From the NCBI GenBank assembly GCA_033764955.1, contig JANRIL010000042.1:96001-160000 (forward strand): a stretch of 64,000 nt of DNA, written 5' to 3'. Of the stretch, positions 50,380-59,779 are shown one piece after another. The stretch is from Cyanobacteriota bacterium. GTDB lineage: Bacteria > Cyanobacteriota > Cyanobacteriia > Thermostichales > Thermostichaceae. The translations under genes were made by a program, and so were the position numbers. Under the pieces are notes generated by a model. That model was not told the DNA's origin. It worked only from the letters and a program-made list of their open reading frames with translations, and ran no database searches. Position 1 is the stretch's first letter, and each line of letters begins with the position of its first letter.

Positions 50380-51073
50380 GGGAATGGGTATGGAGGGAGG
50401 CAGCCCAGCTATTCTTTTTGCCCTCGATCTGGCCTTCATGCAGGAGCAACTTCCCACCCTGCTGCGGGCTGCTCTAGTTACGGTGCAACTGAGTGGTCTC
50501 GCGGTTTTGTTAGGAATTGTCGTGGGGCTACTCTTGGGTAGCTGGCGGGTGATCGGGCCAGCCTGGTTGCAGACCTTGATTCAGTGGTTTGTCAATGTTG
50601 TGCGGGGGGTGCCTCCTCTTGTGCATATTGCTATTATCTACTTTGCTCTGCCTCGCCTGGGGTTAGTCTTGAATGAGTTTTGGACAGGAGTGGCCGCCTT
50701 AACCATCATCGCAGCGGGTTACGAAGTGGAAATTGTGCGGGCGGCGTTGCAGTCGGTGGAAGAGGGGCAAACGGAGGCGGCCTTCGCCGTCGGCATGGAT
50801 CGAGGGATGACCTTGCGTTGGATCTTGCTGCCCCAGGCCCTCCAGCGGATGATTCCCCCCTTAACCAATGAGCTAGCGAATGTGATCAAGGCATCCTCTC
50901 TGCTCTCGGTAATCTCAGTGAAAGAACTGACCAAAGTGGGGAATGACCTGATCTTTGAGCATTTTGTCGTGGCGGAAGTGTTGATCCCCGTGGCTATTTT
51001 GTATGTGCTGATTGTCAGTCTGCTTACCCACACCTCCCGCTGGCTAGAAGAGCGGTTAGGGATCCCTACCTAG
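50366..51073 (+). CDS. Polar amino-acid ABC permease
   Basis: RGVPPLV, EIVRA, GQTEAA, K.SSLLSVI; start uncertain. Confidence 0.9.
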   Translation: MSWVRGMGMEGGSPAILFALDLAFMQEQLPTLLRAALVTVQLSGLAVLLGIVVGLLLGSWRVIGPAWLQTLIQWFVNVVRGVPPLVHIAIIYFALPRLGLVLNEFWTGVAALTIIAAGYEVEIVRAALQSVEEGQTEAAFAVGMDRGMTLRWILLPQALQRMIPPLTNELANVIKASSLLSVISVKELTKVGNDLIFEHFVVAEVLIPVAILYVLIVSLLTHTSRWLEERLGIPT

Positions 51074-51150
51074 GTGATTCAGCAGTTCACCACCATGATT
51101 GAGATTGAGGGCAACCGACATTTTGATAGACATTTTGATTAGGAAAACCG

Positions 51151-52110
51151 ATGAGTTTTGTGAATCAGCCCAACTCCACAGGTGTCCGTTCCTTGCCTAT
51201 TCGCCAATGCCTAGGTCCGGCAGGTGAGACCTGTATAGTAGCCTTGGCTTGGCATGTGGATGGGGAGGCCGGGGTGATCGCGGCAGCCCCAGAAGCAGCT
51301 TGGCACCTAACCGCTCTTTCGGAGGGATCCTACGGGGTTTCCACAGCTCTTCCCCGCATCTTGCAAATGCACCGTGATTTAGGGATCCCTGGGACTTTTT
51401 TTGTGCCGGGGTATGTGGCAGAGCTACATCCACAGGCCGTCGAAGCGATTGTAGCGGATGGCCATGAGGTCGCCCACCACGGTTATCGCCACGAAAACTG
51501 CTTTCCTCTGGATCTCAATGCCCAGCGAGAGATTTTCCAGAAAGGGACAGAGGCGCTCCGTCATCTGATCGGTCGGGATCCCTTGGGTTGGAGCGCGCCG
51601 TGTTGGGGAGTTAACCCCGATACCCTCAATCTGCTTTATGAACTGGGGTTTCGCTACGATTGCAGTTTGATGGAATATGACCGTCCCTATTGGTTGGCTA
51701 TCCCCCAGGGGCATTTGTTGGAGTTGCCCATCAGTATGGTGCTGGATGATTGGGGGATTTTTGGGGGTAGTCCCTACTCCGGTACGGGAGTCAATGGGAC
51801 AGCCGAGTCGGCTTATCAGATTTGGCGGGAAGAATTTGAAGGGATCCACCACTATGGGGGTTTTTTCTCCACCAGCTTTCACCCCAACTTGACGGGGCGA
51901 CCGGGGCGCTTGCGGATGCTATACCGACTGATTGAATATATGCAATCTTTTGAGCGGGTCTGGTGGGCAACCTGCGGCGAAGTCGCTGAGTACATACAAC
52001 ACCACTATCCTGTGGATCCCTCATCTAAAAACTGCGAGAGACTCCCGTCACAGCGCAGGTTGGCGGGAGAGGGAGCAAGTACAATAGATATCACATCATC
52101 TGCGCTATAA
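51151..52110 (+). CDS. Polysaccharide deacetylase family (CE4; PuuE/PgdA-like) hydrolase; last 28 aa derived from IS left end
   Basis: TFFVPG, HEVAHHGYRH, YDCS, ELP, FHP..TGRPGR. Confidence 0.85.
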   Translation: MSFVNQPNSTGVRSLPIRQCLGPAGETCIVALAWHVDGEAGVIAAAPEAAWHLTALSEGSYGVSTALPRILQMHRDLGIPGTFFVPGYVAELHPQAVEAIVADGHEVAHHGYRHENCFPLDLNAQREIFQKGTEALRHLIGRDPLGWSAPCWGVNPDTLNLLYELGFRYDCSLMEYDRPYWLAIPQGHLLELPISMVLDDWGIFGGSPYSGTGVNGTAESAYQIWREEFEGIHHYGGFFSTSFHPNLTGRPGRLRMLYRLIEYMQSFERVWWATCGEVAEYIQHHYPVDPSSKNCERLPSQRRLAGEGASTIDITSSAL

Positions 52111-53407
52111 CGTGAAGCATGACTGAACGCGCTTACCGTTACCGTTTCTACCCCACTGCTGAGCAAGAAAACTTGCTGCGTAGGACATTGGGCTGTGTGC
52201 GGTTGGTGTTCAACAAAGCCTTGGCTCTTCAGACTGAGGCTTGGTATGAACGCCAAGAACGGATGGACTATGTTCCAACTTCGGCAACTCTGACCCAATG
52301 GAAAAAGCAAGAGGATTTGCAGTTTCTCCATGAGGTTAGTTGTGTGCCTTTGCAACAGGGTTTGCGTCACTTGCAAAAGGGCTTTGCCAACTTCTTTGAC
52401 GGGCGCATCCGCTACCCGCGATTCAAGAGAAAGCACAACGGGGGCAGTGCAGAGTTCACCAAATCGGCCTTCAAATACCGTTCGCCGCAGCGGGACGGAG
52501 TCCTTGATGGTCAACTCTATCTGGCCAAGTGCGAGGATCCCCTGCCTGTTGTCTGGAGCCGTGCTTTGCCCGATGGGGTGGATCCCTCGACGGTGACCGT
52601 GAAGCTGGATCCTTCGGGGCGGTGGTTTGTGTCGCTGTTGGTGAATGATCCCACGGTGGAGGCATTGCCTGTTACCGATGGCGCGGTGGGTATTGATGCA
52701 GGATTGACCAGTTTGGTCACGCTCAGCAGTGGAGAGAAAATCTCCAATCTGCGCCACTTTCACAAACATCGCCGCAAGCTCAAGCAGGTTCAGAAGTTCC
52801 TGAGCCGCAAGCAAAAAGGCTCCAAGAACCGAGACAAAGCGCGACACAAAGTGGCACGGCAACACGCCAAAATTGCCGATAGTCGCAAAGATTTCTTGCA
52901 CAAGCTCAGTACCCGATTGGTGCGTGAAAACCAAACCATCGTCGTGGAAGACCTGGCTGTGCAGAACATGGTCAAGAATCACAAGCTGGCCAACTCCATC
53001 GCTGATGCGGGGTGGGGAGAACTGGTGCGGATGCTGGGCTACAAATGCACTTGGTACGGGCGAACGTTGGTCAAGATTGACCGCTGGTTTCCCAGTTCCA
53101 AGCGTTGTGGACATTGTGGGTACATCGTTGCGTCTTTGCCCTTGGACATCCGAGAGTGGGAGTGTTCCCACTGTCAGACTGTGCATGACCGAGATATCAA
53201 TGCTGCCCGCAATATATTGGCCGCTGGACAGGCGGTAACAGTCTGTGGAGCAAACGTAAGACCTGTAGACGGAACGTCGTGCGAAGCTAGGCATGAGTCT
53301 GGAGGGCAGTTGCGTAAAACCCGCAAGGGAAGGAAACAGAAACCTAAGTTGTGAGGCTTGGGAATCTCCCGCCACAGCTCGCAGCGTTTGGCGGGAGAGG
53401 ATGTCAA
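52025..53407 (+). mobile_element. IS200/IS605-family non-autonomous (tnpB-only, IS1341-like) element
   Basis: Left-end hairpin CTCCCGTCA...TGGCGGGAG and right-end hairpin GAAT-CTCCCGCCA...TGGCGGGAG-AGGATG-TCAA; left flank TCAT; removing the element restores a TAA stop; no TSD, no tnpA. Confidence 0.85.
52119..53354 (+). CDS. tnpB: RNA-guided endonuclease TnpB
   Basis: N-terminal YRYRFYPT..Q; RuvC I GIDAG, RuvC II VEDL, Zn finger CGHC/CSHC, RuvC III DRDINAA. Confidence 0.95.
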   Translation: MTERAYRYRFYPTAEQENLLRRTLGCVRLVFNKALALQTEAWYERQERMDYVPTSATLTQWKKQEDLQFLHEVSCVPLQQGLRHLQKGFANFFDGRIRYPRFKRKHNGGSAEFTKSAFKYRSPQRDGVLDGQLYLAKCEDPLPVVWSRALPDGVDPSTVTVKLDPSGRWFVSLLVNDPTVEALPVTDGAVGIDAGLTSLVTLSSGEKISNLRHFHKHRRKLKQVQKFLSRKQKGSKNRDKARHKVARQHAKIADSRKDFLHKLSTRLVRENQTIVVEDLAVQNMVKNHKLANSIADAGWGELVRMLGYKCTWYGRTLVKIDRWFPSSKRCGHCGYIVASLPLDIREWECSHCQTVHDRDINAARNILAAGQAVTVCGANVRPVDGTSCEARHESGGQLRKTRKGRKQKPKL

Positions 53408-53427
53408 AAATTGAGTATTGTAGTTTG
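53230..53427 (+). ncRNA. Putative TnpB omegaRNA/reRNA: scaffold overlapping the tnpB 3' end and right end, guide from flank 53408-53427
   Basis: Established location of TnpB guide RNAs; right-end hairpin and TCAA boundary visible; 5' boundary is a guess. Confidence 0.6.
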
Positions 53428-53451
53428 CCTCTGAAATGGTCACCGCATCCT

Positions 53452-54123
53452 ATGCCGTTGCCTCCTCTCTCGGATTGTCCCGAAAGCTCGTTGGCGGAGC
53501 GAGTCTATACCTCTCTCAAGGAGGCGATTCTTTCCCTACAAGTTCGCCCTAGAGACTATTTGATCATTGGAGATGTGGCAAAAGAATACAGCATCAGTCG
53601 TACCCCTGTGCGGGAGGCGCTCATTCTGCTGGAGCAGGAGGGCTGGGTAGAGAATGAAGGGCGGCGGGGGGCGCGAGTGACGGTGCCGTCTGTGCAGAAG
53701 GTGATGGAGGTGATTGAAATGCAGGCGGTTTTGGAGGGCTATGTTGCCCGTCGAGCCACTCTGATCTGTAGTGAAGCGGATCTGCAAGCCTGGGCCAACA
53801 TTTTGGATCAAGCGGAACGGGCTTGGCGAGAGGGATCCCCACATCTGAGCAGCGACTTGGGGGATCAGTTCCACGAGGCGTTAGCCAATAAGGTAGGCAA
53901 TCAACGTATCGCCAGCCAGATTGTGCAACTGCGGGAGCATATGGATCGGGTGCGCCCCCTGATCTGGAAGGTGGCTAAAGCTCCTCTGGAAGAATCGGCT
54001 CGACAGCATCGGCAGATCTGGCAAGCTATTGCGGATGGGGATCCCTTGAAAGCTGAGCAGTTGATGATGGCTCACACCCTCTGGTTTGAGTCGGAGTTGG
54101 CAGCGGCTCTTGAGCATGTGTGA
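53452..54123 (+). CDS. GntR-family regulator (FCD domain)
   Basis: ISRTPVREAL..LEQEG wHTH; FH..L...GN, QH..I..AI..GD...A...M..H FCD motifs; ATG 53452 lies outside the IS. Confidence 0.92.
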   Translation: MPLPPLSDCPESSLAERVYTSLKEAILSLQVRPRDYLIIGDVAKEYSISRTPVREALILLEQEGWVENEGRRGARVTVPSVQKVMEVIEMQAVLEGYVARRATLICSEADLQAWANILDQAERAWREGSPHLSSDLGDQFHEALANKVGNQRIASQIVQLREHMDRVRPLIWKVAKAPLEESARQHRQIWQAIADGDPLKAEQLMMAHTLWFESELAAALEHV

Positions 54124-54320
54124 ACCGCAAAAAATACAATAATCTCCTATAGACAAGTCATTTAAGTAGGAGAGCACTCGCCATTGAAGCTTTTGTCAAA
54201 TCAATTGGGATTCTTATACTTATTACCAACTTAATTTATTAGCTTGTCTCAGCACTTATTTTTCGGGTAGCCCTATTCAAGTAATGGCTATGAAATACCA
54301 GAATATTCTACAGGGTTAGT

Positions 54321-54376
54321 TTATTGAGAATAGGCAAGCTAGAGTGAGGGCTGTGGGCTTTGCTCATTCTCAATAA
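54321..54376. repeat. Intergenic inverted repeat with 17-nt arms
   Basis: TTATTGAGAATAGGCAA ... TTGCTCATTCTCAATAA (2 mismatches). Confidence 0.65.
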
Positions 54377-54643
54377 GCATCTAGCTGAATTTATCAGCAT
54401 TACCTATAGGTCACTACCAGTAAGCGAAGAAATTCTGACAATCACAGTCCATAACCCAGTTGGTAAGGGTATGCGGAATCGCTGAACACTATAGACCAAT
54501 AGAATCAGCCCCCTTGACTTGGGGATCCCCCTTCCCCCCAGGGATAGCATAAGCTGAGGGATCCAGTCTAAAAACTGTCACCTGTCAAGTTTCAAATCCA
54601 CACATCTATCACTACACTAAGGGTGTGATTTGGCTTGGTAACG

Positions 54644-56524
54644 ATGACAATAACCTCCCCAGCCCCCCTTTCCGAATCCAGCACTACTCTCTATTCGGTT
54701 TGGCAAATTTTGGCAGAGCAGCACGGCGACCTAATGGCGCTACGGGATCCCCATGCTCAGCCCGTCTTAGAAATCACCTATGCCCAGTTGTTTACGCAAA
54801 TTCAATGGTTTGCGGGCGGGTTACAAGCTCTAGGGGTCAAGCCTGCCGACAAGGTTGCCATCATTGCCGATAATTCTCCTTATTGGTTGGTAGCCGATCT
54901 GGCCACCCTCTTTGCGGGAACGGTGAATGTGCCCCGTAGCGCCACAGCAGATGCCCAGGAAATTGACTACATCATCCGCAACACCCAATGTACGACGGTG
55001 ATTGTGGAAAATCTAAAAACCTATCGGCGCATTCATGCCACCCTCGAACAGGCGGGGATCCCACGGGTGATCCTGCTTTCCGACGAAACGGCAGATGCCC
55101 TGATCAATTTTCCGCAACTGCTGGAGAAAGGACGCGCCCACGGGTTTGAGGCTCCGTCCATAGAACGGAGTGATTTGGCAACGATCATCCATACCTCCGG
55201 CACGAGTGGACAGCCCAAAGGAGTGATGCTGACCCACGGCAACCTGATGCACCAAGTGGAATATTGTGAAGTGGTGGTGCAACCCAAACCTGGCTATCGG
55301 GTGCTGGCGATTCTCCCCACCTGGCACTCCTACGAACGCTCCTGCGAATACTTTTTGCTGAGCCGCGCCTGCACCCTCATCTACACCCAACCCCGCCATC
55401 TCAAGCAGGATCTGCGGCAGGAAAAACCACACTTCTTGATTGCCGTGCCCCGCATTTGGGAAACCCTCTATGACGGCATCCAAAAAAATCTGCAAGAACA
55501 AAGCCCCTTCATGCAAAAGCTGGTCACGCAACTGTTGGGGATCAGTGAAGCCTTTGTCTTAGCCCGCCGCATCGCCACGGGGCAGTCTATTCAGCATCTA
55601 GAGGCTAATCCTAGCCAACGCTTGCTGGCGCAGCTCCAGATGCTCACCCTTTACCCGCTGCATCAGATTGCCAATCGCTTGATTTACCGTAAAATCCGGC
55701 AAGCCCTCGGCGCTAACTTCCAACACGCCATCAGTGGTGGGGGATCCCTACCCGCTTATCTCGACTTGTTCTATGAGATTGTGGGCATTTCCATTCTGAA
55801 TGGCTACGGACTGACCGAAACCTCCCCGATTTTGGCGGCTCGTCGTCCCGATAACAACGTGCGGGGAACCGTTGGCCCCCCCCTGCCCAAAACCCAGTTC
55901 AAAATTGTCCATCTCGAAACGGCGGATCCCCTCCCCCAAGGAGAAAAAGGTGTGATTCTAGCACGGGGACCGCAGGTAATGCAGGGCTACTACAACAACC
56001 CCACCGCTACTGCCAAAGTGCTTTCGGAGGATGGTTGGTTTAATACCGGAGACTTGGGCTGGCTCACCCCCGATGGGCAACTGGTGATCACCGGTCGCGC
56101 CAAAGACACAATTGTGCTGATCAATGGAGAAAACATCGAGCCGCAACCCTTAGAGGATGTCTGCCTGCAATCCCCTTATCTACAACAACTTGTGGTGGTC
56201 GGGCAGGATCAAAAGAAACTGGCGGCACTGATCTATCCCAACCTGGATGCCCTAAAAGCCTGGGCAGAAAGCGAGCAACTGAGTTTTGCCCAATCCGAAT
56301 CAGAGCTCCTGGCTAGTGCTCAAGTGCGTAGCTTGCTTCTGACCGATTTGCAACAACGCATCCGCCAGCGCCCTGGCTATCGTCCCGATGACCAGATCAG
56401 TGACTTCCGCTTTGTACCCGAACCCTTTAGCATCGACAACGGGCTGATGACTCAAACCCTCAAGATCAAACGCTTGCAGGTCAATGAGCGTTATCAAGAT
56501 CTGATTCAGCAGATCTATGCCTGA
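54644..56524 (+). CDS. aas: Acyl-ACP synthetase / long-chain fatty acid-AMP/CoA ligase
   Basis: HTSGTSGQPKGVML, GYGLTET, TGDLG, GRAKDTIVL.NGENIEP. Confidence 0.88.
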   Translation: MTITSPAPLSESSTTLYSVWQILAEQHGDLMALRDPHAQPVLEITYAQLFTQIQWFAGGLQALGVKPADKVAIIADNSPYWLVADLATLFAGTVNVPRSATADAQEIDYIIRNTQCTTVIVENLKTYRRIHATLEQAGIPRVILLSDETADALINFPQLLEKGRAHGFEAPSIERSDLATIIHTSGTSGQPKGVMLTHGNLMHQVEYCEVVVQPKPGYRVLAILPTWHSYERSCEYFLLSRACTLIYTQPRHLKQDLRQEKPHFLIAVPRIWETLYDGIQKNLQEQSPFMQKLVTQLLGISEAFVLARRIATGQSIQHLEANPSQRLLAQLQMLTLYPLHQIANRLIYRKIRQALGANFQHAISGGGSLPAYLDLFYEIVGISILNGYGLTETSPILAARRPDNNVRGTVGPPLPKTQFKIVHLETADPLPQGEKGVILARGPQVMQGYYNNPTATAKVLSEDGWFNTGDLGWLTPDGQLVITGRAKDTIVLINGENIEPQPLEDVCLQSPYLQQLVVVGQDQKKLAALIYPNLDALKAWAESEQLSFAQSESELLASAQVRSLLLTDLQQRIRQRPGYRPDDQISDFRFVPEPFSIDNGLMTQTLKIKRLQVNERYQDLIQQIYA

Positions 56525-56569
56525 GGAGTCAAGCCCAAAAGGGATCCCTTGGTGATGGACTAGGGATCC

Positions 56570-57238
56570 CTAGGGGCTAGGGGAAGGGCTGGGGCTAGGA
56601 CTAGGACTGGGACTAGGACTAGGACTGGGACTAGGACTGGGACTAGGTGTTGGGGTAGGGTTGGGGTTGACAACCACGCTCATCACCGCACTATCACTGG
56701 CGGTCAACCCGGCAGCATCATAAACCTTAACCGTCAGGTTATAGTCCCCGACTGGCACAGAACTGGGGATCTCCACAGGGATAGCAGCGGTACAAGTTTG
56801 GGATCCGGCTACACAGCCAACCGTGCCAGGGGTGTAGTCATAAATCAAGAAAACCGGAGCGTTAGCCGCCTCCACCCGAAAGGCTAGGGAACCATTCAAG
56901 CCTGCGGGAGTATTGGCAATCGCCAGTACCGTTGTAGTTAGCCCTTGATAAACCTGAGGCATCGCAGAAATCACCAGCGAGGAAGCCGCCGTGGGAGACG
57001 GGGAAGGAGTTGGAGTCGAGCTAGGGCTGGGGAGAGGGGTGGGCGTGGGCGTAAAGGAGGGAGTAGGGGTGAAGCTAGGGGTGGGGGTGCGCGTCACAAT
57101 CGGGGCGGGGGTGATAGTGACGGTTGGACTTTCATCACTCTCCCCTTGGCAAGCTACCAAGGTGGGCACCACGATGGCTAAACCCCAACCCAACGTTGAT
57201 AATGACCGGAAAGTTTGCTTAACTGACGACATATTCAT
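56570..57238 (-). CDS. Pro/Ser/Thr-rich lipoprotein with a central beta-sandwich domain
   Basis: Lipobox LVAC after hydrophobic stretch; TP/SP repeat tracts at both ends; ATG 57238. Confidence 0.7.
   Translation of the reverse strand: MNMSSVKQTFRSLSTLGWGLAIVVPTLVACQGESDESPTVTITPAPIVTRTPTPSFTPTPSFTPTPTPLPSPSSTPTPSPSPTAASSLVISAMPQVYQGLTTTVLAIANTPAGLNGSLAFRVEAANAPVFLIYDYTPGTVGCVAGSQTCTAAIPVEIPSSVPVGDYNLTVKVYDAAGLTASDSAVMSVVVNPNPTPTPSPSPSPSPSPSPSPSPSPSPSPSP
56573..56660 (-). repeat. Hexamer tandem tract encoding poly(Ser-Pro)
   Basis: (GGACTA/GGACTG)n on the + strand. Confidence 0.85.
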
Positions 57239-57535
57239 CGATTCATCTCCTACACGAAACCGGATGCTAGAAGAACCCAGCACCACGGGGTAGTGCAGGG
57301 ATACGTGACTGAGAATTAGGGGCAGACTTGGAGAAGCCTGTAAAATCAGAACCCAAGAAATACTATAGGTAGTGTCTATCCAAATCGTCAAACACTACAT
57401 AAAGGTTTAATAGCCGCCCAGACTTTTCGTTTGTCAGGCACCATCTGGAGGCAACAAAAAATACACCCCCCTCATTTCTGAGAGCCACCATCGGGGATCC
57501 CAGATCTGGAGGGGGGTGGGGAGAGGCGGGGATCC

Positions 57536-58756
57536 CTAAGGAGCCAGGGCATTCCCCCGCAGCAGACTGCCGATGGTTTTGGCCGTGACCTTGAGTTGTA
57601 CCCAGGGATTCATCGGCACCACGGTTTTGTAGAGATAGCTCTCAAAGGTCATTTTTTGTACGTCTTTGTCGGCGCACATCTCCACAAACGCCTCACGGGT
57701 GGCATCGGATCGATAAAACACTTGCTGCAAAATATCCAACACCTTGTAGGTCATGCCGTATTGCCGATCCCAGCGTTTCAGATATTGCTTGAGATCTCCT
57801 TCCGTTGGGATCCGTTGTCCACCTCGGGAGGTTTCCACAATCGTTTCCCCACACATCCGCCCCGATTTGGCGGCAAAATAGATGCCCTCTCCGGACGACT
57901 TGGTGACATATCCGGCGGCATCCCCCACCAGGGCAGCTCGTCCCACCACACGGCGAGGGCGAGGATGTTCGGGGATGGGATGAGCTTCCACTTTAATCAC
58001 CTTGCCGCCGCGAATTCGTTCGGCAGCTCTGGCGCGGATCCCCGCTTGCAGCTTCTGGATATCCGCTTGGTGAACCTTCATTGTGCCCGTCCCCACCGCC
58101 ACATGATCGGATTTGGGAAAGACCCAGGCATAAAAATCGGTGGAGACATCATCCCCCACATACATCTCCGCTCGATCCTGGTAATAGGCCATTTTGTCTT
58201 CCGGGATCCGCACCCGCTCTTGAAAAGCTAAGGCATAGTTATAGTCACCTGCCCCCATGGCTTCCGCGACTTTGGAGTGAAAGCCGTCCGCTCCCACCAC
58301 TAGATCCACCTGCAACTGTGCCGACTGTCCGGTTGCTCCCCCCTGAGAAAAATCGCTGTAGGTGATCACATAGGGATCCCGATCCTGTTTGGGAATATCC
58401 AAGTGGAGGACTTTGCCGTTGATCAGCTTAGCCCCCAGCGATTGGGCTCGTTGACGCAAAAAGCCATCCAGAATTTCCCGCCGACACATGCCAATAAATT
58501 CGTCTTCTTTGTCGAGGGCAATATCCACCTCATAGTTAGAGGGGGAGATCATCTTCATCTTGCGTACCTTGCGGTCGATGATCTCAGGCGGCAAGTCAAA
58601 CTCCTGCACCATACAAAGGGGGATCGCCCCGCCACAGGGTTTGGCATTGTCTAATTTCCGCTCAAACAAGTAGGTTTCGATGCCCGCTTTCGCCAATACT
58701 TCTGCCGCAGAAGATCCGGCGGGGCCTCCGCCCACAACAGCAACTCGTAGGGTCAA
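57536..58756 (-). CDS. chlP: Geranylgeranyl reductase
   Basis: RVAVVGGGPAG, KPCGGAIPLCM, EAHPIPEHPRP, SGEGIYFAAKSGRMC. Confidence 0.97.
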   Translation of the reverse strand: MTLRVAVVGGGPAGSSAAEVLAKAGIETYLFERKLDNAKPCGGAIPLCMVQEFDLPPEIIDRKVRKMKMISPSNYEVDIALDKEDEFIGMCRREILDGFLRQRAQSLGAKLINGKVLHLDIPKQDRDPYVITYSDFSQGGATGQSAQLQVDLVVGADGFHSKVAEAMGAGDYNYALAFQERVRIPEDKMAYYQDRAEMYVGDDVSTDFYAWVFPKSDHVAVGTGTMKVHQADIQKLQAGIRARAAERIRGGKVIKVEAHPIPEHPRPRRVVGRAALVGDAAGYVTKSSGEGIYFAAKSGRMCGETIVETSRGGQRIPTEGDLKQYLKRWDRQYGMTYKVLDILQQVFYRSDATREAFVEMCADKDVQKMTFESYLYKTVVPMNPWVQLKVTAKTIGSLLRGNALAP

Positions 58757-59159
58757 GATCCTATCTCCTTATGCCAGTCATGCCATCGTCAATACCGTTT
58801 AGCCATCGTTTTAGAGGGATCCCGATCAGGTTCCCCGCCCCCCGCACTGGCTGAAAACTGCTGGCATCGTATCACAGCTTTTTGGAGCCACCTGGCTTCC
58901 GTGACAAAGTGTATCGGAGAAAGAGCCAGAAGGATTGTGGGTTAAGGCTTAGGGAAGTTCCTCGGTTAGAGACCAACCGTTAAAAAGGGTAGCCCCAAAG
59001 GGGAGACATTATGCGACAGTATTAAAGGGTAAAGATAAGTCAAGGAACTGAGAAATTCAGTGGGGATCAGGACAAGTTACGATCAATCCGAAAAAATCGG
59101 AAAACGGCTCTTGTCTATTAAGTGTTTGGTAGGTTAGTTGAGATCAGGAGCATTGAGCT

Positions 59160-59747
59160 TTGCAGGATCAAGTAGATGCCCGTGAGCGGCTACTCAACGC
59201 GGCGGAAAAACTATTTCGAGATAAGGGATACAACGCCGTCACCATGCAGGATGTCGCCAAAGAGGTTGGCATTCGTCAGGCATCGCTTTACTACCACATC
59301 ACCAGTAAAGAACAATTGTTTGTAGAGGTGATCGAGCGGATTTGTCAGCGCCATCACATCGGACTAGAGCAAAAATTACAGATGGCCGAAGCCAATCTGC
59401 AAAGTCAGCTCCGAGCCGCCACAGAATGGTTTACCTCACAGCCTCCCCTGCATCTTTTTAGTTTGATGCACTCTGACTTGCAAGCCTTAAGTGAAGCCAA
59501 CTTTCAGCAGTTATTTGCCAGCCTCTCTCAATCAGTGTTTGCCCCGCTCATGCAAATTTTTGTAACAGCCCAACAGCAAGGCGAGATCCGTCCGGTGGCT
59601 CCCTCCACCTTAGCTGGCTATTTTTTGGCGGTGATGGATAGTGCCGCCTTCAGCAATACCCGTTGGGGCAGCACAGCGGCGCGGGAGGTGATTGCTGAGG
59701 AAATGGTTTCGATTTTGGTAGATGGCCTGCGCCCCCGCTCCACCTGA
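59160..59747 (+). CDS. TetR/AcrR family regulator
   Basis: A..LF..KGY..VTM.DVA..VGI..ASLYYH..SKEQL. Confidence 0.92.
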   Translation: MQDQVDARERLLNAAEKLFRDKGYNAVTMQDVAKEVGIRQASLYYHITSKEQLFVEVIERICQRHHIGLEQKLQMAEANLQSQLRAATEWFTSQPPLHLFSLMHSDLQALSEANFQQLFASLSQSVFAPLMQIFVTAQQQGEIRPVAPSTLAGYFLAVMDSAAFSNTRWGSTAAREVIAEEMVSILVDGLRPRST

Positions 59748-59779
59748 GAACTTTACCTGAAAAGATGCTGAGGGGCTAT

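Noticed and set aside
52005..53375. 456-aa ORF on the minus strand
   Set aside because: Antisense shadow of tnpB with no recognisable motifs
53293..53451. N-terminal extension of the GntR ORF
   Set aside because: Mostly within the IS right end; the real start is probably ATG 53452
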